DNA of 63,996 bases, the filler included, from an uncultured Myxococcia bacterium (GTDB taxonomy: Bacteria > CAZTWC01): NCBI GenBank assembly GCA_964617105.1. It is 4 parts of 4 records of this genome, joined end to end, with 100 filler letters (N's around TTAATTAATTAA, not from the genome) between each part and the next. Parts side by side here need not be neighbours in the genome. Positions count along the whole stretch, not along the records: positions 56,887 to 63,996 come from CAZTWC010000196.1; 3 more parts are not named here. One strand, written 5' to 3'. Positions 61,191-63,996 of this stretch are shown here, in pieces. Every line of letters starts with the position of its first letter. The first letter of the stretch is position 1. The notes below the pieces were generated by a model, which saw nothing but the letters and a program-made list of their open reading frames with translations, was not told where the DNA came from and made no database searches. A program made the translations under genes and the position numbers.

Positions 61191-62024
61191 TCAAGGCCTG
61201 CGACTGAACTTGGAAAACTGAGGTTTTCTTTTCTCCAGGTAGGCATTTCGACCCTCCTGGCCCTCCTCAGTCATGTAAAAAAGCATAGTAGAGCATCCGG
61301 CTAGTTCCTGTAAGCCCGCCTGTCCATCACAATCGGCGTTCATGGCAGCTTTAATGCAGCGAATTGCCATGGACGAATTAGCCAGTATTTCTCTACACCA
61401 CAAAATAGTTTCCTCTTCCAATCGCTCCAGGGGAACCACCGTATTAATCAGCCCCATTTCCAAGGCCTGATGCGCGTTATATTGACGACATAAAAACCAG
61501 ATTTCTCTTGCTTTTTTCTGGCCAACAATCCTGGCCAGGTAACTTGAGCCGTAACCCCCGTCAAAAGAACCGACTTTGGGTCCAGTTTGGCCAAAGATGG
61601 CATTTTCTGCAGCAATAGTCAGGTCGGCAATCAGATGCAGCACATGTCCTCCACCAATTGCATAACCGGCAACCATGGCAATAACAGGTTTAGGACAGGT
61701 TCTGATTTGTCGTTGAAAATCCAGGACATTGAGCCTTTCTATTCCAGAATCGTCCTGGTAGCCAGCATCGCCCCTCACCCGTTGGTCACCGCCGGAACAG
61801 AAGGCTTTGTCCCCTTCACCTGTCAGAATTACCACGCCTGTCTCTGGGTCATCTCGAGCATCATTTAAAGCGTTACACATCTCAAAAACAGTCAAAGGGC
61901 GGAAAGCATTGCGTACTTCCGGCCGATTAATAGTGATCTTAGCAATACCTTCTGCTTTTTGATACTTTATATCCCTAAAGTCCAGAGCAGGTTTCCAGTC
62001 AATATTACCCTTTTTAGTTTCCAT
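61191..62024 (-). CDS. menB: 1,4-dihydroxy-2-naphthoyl-CoA synthase
   Basis: [40 protein letters not shown]. Confidence 0.97.
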   Translation of the reverse strand: METKKGNIDWKPALDFRDIKYQKAEGIAKITINRPEVRNAFRPLTVFEMCNALNDARDDPETGVVILTGEGDKAFCSGGDQRVRGDAGYQDDSGIERLNVLDFQRQIRTCPKPVIAMVAGYAIGGGHVLHLIADLTIAAENAIFGQTGPKVGSFDGGYGSSYLARIVGQKKAREIWFLCRQYNAHQALEMGLINTVVPLERLEEETILWCREILANSSMAIRCIKAAMNADCDGQAGLQELAGCSTMLFYMTEEGQEGRNAYLEKRKPQFSKFSRRP

Positions 62025-62087
62025 TTGTCTTCTTCCTTCAGCAGTTTTAATTTCAGTAAAAACACGCCCCCTTAATTAGCATATAAC

Positions 62088-62113
62088 GGGCAGCACACAG
62101 AGGTTGCCCCTAC
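62088..62113 (-). repeat. GTAG-type REP-like element
   Basis: Minus strand GTAG-GGGCAAC-ctctgt-GTGCTGCCC, just after the menD stop. Confidence 0.6.
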
Positions 62114-62132
62114 ATTCAATTTGACAATATAT

Positions 62133-63908
62133 CTACATTTGTTCCAAAACTATACGGTGCAGTTCCTTATGAATACTGTAATTCTCCTGGCGATTAGTTT
62201 GCACTTCAATAATAGTGCTCTTTTCCCTCTCCTGGTTCTGAACAAAAACTGAGACAAAATCTTCCTTTTTATTTACCAGTTGGTAATCTAGTCCAAAAGC
62301 CAGCGCCAGATTTTTAAAATCGGTTTTGTGAGGAGAGGCAAAACAGGATTCAAAAACCTCTTTACATTCACTGATGGGCAAAAAAGAAAAAATGCCACCC
62401 CCACAATTATTAATTAGCACAATAGTTACAGGAAAATCAGAATTTCCCAGAATTTTAAGAGAGTTAGAGTCATGTATAAATGCCAAATCTCCAATTAGAA
62501 GGGTTGTTGCTTTTTGTAAACCAACAGCAAAACCGCTGGCAGCAGCAATATTTCCATCAATACCACTAGCTCCGCGGTTGCAACCAATAATTACTCTTTG
62601 CCCTCTTGGGTTATAAAAAAGATCACAGTCCCTTATTGGCATGGAATTTCCAAGAAACAGCCCTGAATTCTCTTTAATATTGCCGGTCACAGCCCGGGCG
62701 ACAAAGGGTTCAGTGATTTTGTCGGTCTCTTCCAAGAAATTGTCTACTTTAGTATCAATTTTTTGTTGTAAATGGTTAATTACAGAGAGATCTAATCTTT
62801 TTTTAACATGATGACAGGATATAAAATAGTTATGACCTTTAAGTTCTCTGCAAAAAACATCAATTTCACAGTCTATTTTAAGGCTGACAAAATGGTTATG
62901 ATCTGTCCTTGCACAACTGTTTGACACATGGATATAATTATTAAATCCAACCGCTCGGCAAAACTGGTCAAAACTTTTGGAAATTATGGGCCCGCCAAGA
63001 TGCAGGACAGTGTCTGGGGATGGTAATTGATCTGAGGCCAACATCTGATGAAAATTATTAATAATATAGTTTTTATTATTCTCTGCTGGCAGGGAAGTCC
63101 AACTTTTAAGACCCGATGTGATGTCGGCCAGAACTGGCCATTCAAGGTAAGAGGCAAGCATTATCACAGCCTGCTGCTGTATATAACCCCCACAATCCCC
63201 AACTACAATGATTCCTCTTTCAGATCTATTGATAATATTAACCGCTTCATCAATAATCTTTGTGCCTGGCACTAAAACCGGATTACAATTTTGAGTAAAG
63301 GGGAGTCTGCTTAACTTCCATTTACTCACTCCATCCAGGTAATCACCTCTAATATTTGACTCAACAGGTGCCAGAGGTTCGCGGAACATGCAGTTTAGGT
63401 GAACCGGACCCGCATTCGGGGCATAGGCATTCCTGATAGCTAAATTTACTGTAGTCAAGACAACCTGAGGAGAAATCTCCACCGTTGGACAGGGTAAATC
63501 AACTGACCAACGGCAATAGTTACCAAAAAATTTTACCTGATCTATAGTCTGATTTGCTCCTGAATCTCTCAATTCCGGTGGCCGATCAGCTGACAAAATC
63601 AATAAAGGTATCTGAGCCATCGAGGCTTCTACTATTGCGGGAAAAGTGTTGGCTAAAGCGGTACCCGAGGTTGTAATGACAACTGCAGCTTTACCTGCCC
63701 CCTGAGCATATCCAAGAGCATGAAAAGCAGAACCCCTTTCATCCAGGCAGACACTTACCCGGGTATCTGGATGGCGTGCTGCTGCCACGGCCAGGGGTGC
63801 TGAACGGGAACCGGGAGAAAGGCAAAAATAGGTAATTCCATTGCGGACCAATTCCTCCACAATCAGGGAACTCCAGAGATAATTGATATTTTCCATTGCT
63901 ATGGGCAT
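62133..63908 (-). CDS. menD: SEPHCHC synthase
   Basis: SPGSRSAPL, DERGSAF, TSGTA, ADRPPEL, NQTIDQ, GNSMPIRD, NRGASGIDG, GDLAFIHD, NNCGGGIF. Confidence 0.96.
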   Translation of the reverse strand: MPIAMENINYLWSSLIVEELVRNGITYFCLSPGSRSAPLAVAAARHPDTRVSVCLDERGSAFHALGYAQGAGKAAVVITTSGTALANTFPAIVEASMAQIPLLILSADRPPELRDSGANQTIDQVKFFGNYCRWSVDLPCPTVEISPQVVLTTVNLAIRNAYAPNAGPVHLNCMFREPLAPVESNIRGDYLDGVSKWKLSRLPFTQNCNPVLVPGTKIIDEAVNIINRSERGIIVVGDCGGYIQQQAVIMLASYLEWPVLADITSGLKSWTSLPAENNKNYIINNFHQMLASDQLPSPDTVLHLGGPIISKSFDQFCRAVGFNNYIHVSNSCARTDHNHFVSLKIDCEIDVFCRELKGHNYFISCHHVKKRLDLSVINHLQQKIDTKVDNFLEETDKITEPFVARAVTGNIKENSGLFLGNSMPIRDCDLFYNPRGQRVIIGCNRGASGIDGNIAAASGFAVGLQKATTLLIGDLAFIHDSNSLKILGNSDFPVTIVLINNCGGGIFSFLPISECKEVFESCFASPHKTDFKNLALAFGLDYQLVNKKEDFVSVFVQNQEREKSTIIEVQTNRQENYSIHKELHRIVLEQM

Positions 63909-63996
63909 GGTTTTGTCCAGATCTTTAGGTATTTTTTAATTTTGGCCTCTAATTCCTTCCATTCAGCATTGGCAACTGATCCCTTTACTATTCCAG
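63899..63996 (-). CDS. menF: Isochorismate synthase, 3' end only
   Basis: Not in the ORF track. Manual translation GIVKGSVANAEWKELEAKIKKYL...* matches the GIVxGS..xEWxE C-terminus; directly upstream of menD. Confidence 0.8.
   Translation of the reverse strand, partial: GIVKGSVANAEWKELEAKIKKYLKIWTKPCP

Overview
This window is not one continuous locus. It holds four contigs of a draft genome or MAG (1-18871, 18972-37832, 37933-56786, 56887-63996), joined by artificial 100-bp N44-TTAATTAATTAA-N44 linkers, and contig 1 also has three small scaffold gaps. The gene content points to a Myxococcota/Bdellovibrionota-like deltaproteobacterium, but one of only moderate GC (about 40-45% by eye): CdnL/CarD, a MYXO-CTERM-like matrixin, an ECF-caspase cassette, Cys-rich lipoproteins and a sigma54 activator. 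Contig 1: CsgG/FlgO-like protein, heme-c hybrid kinase, CoA transferase, ArnT-like glycosyltransferase, SPFH protein, cdnL-ldcA-serine hydrolase, tryptophanase, ABC exporter and an AAA/DUF4143 ATPase. Contig 2: a xanthine dehydrogenase-family fragment, a LamG + 2x FGE lipoprotein, an ECF sigma / zinc anti-sigma / exported caspase cassette, an AT-rich arsR-acr3-(arsP pseudogene)-arsEFG-like island, and a secreted matrixin/YfhO cluster. Contig 3: eno, a GAF-sigma54 activator, a DAACS symporter, a 1003-aa Cys-rich lipoprotein, an acyltransferase-esterase fusion, and a four-helix-bundle/comM/recA/ssb operon behind a sigma54-type promoter with a perfect palindrome upstream. Contig 4: the menaquinone operon menF-D-B-A-C-E-G. 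The two strongest candidates for poorly described systems are (i) the sigma54-controlled comM-recA-ssb recombination/transformation module and (ii) the ECF/anti-sigma/exported-caspase relay, in which a Lys-Gly motif recurs at plausible cleavage positions. No rRNA, tRNA, CRISPR array, transposase or reverse transcriptase was seen. All product calls come from motif recognition, not database searches.
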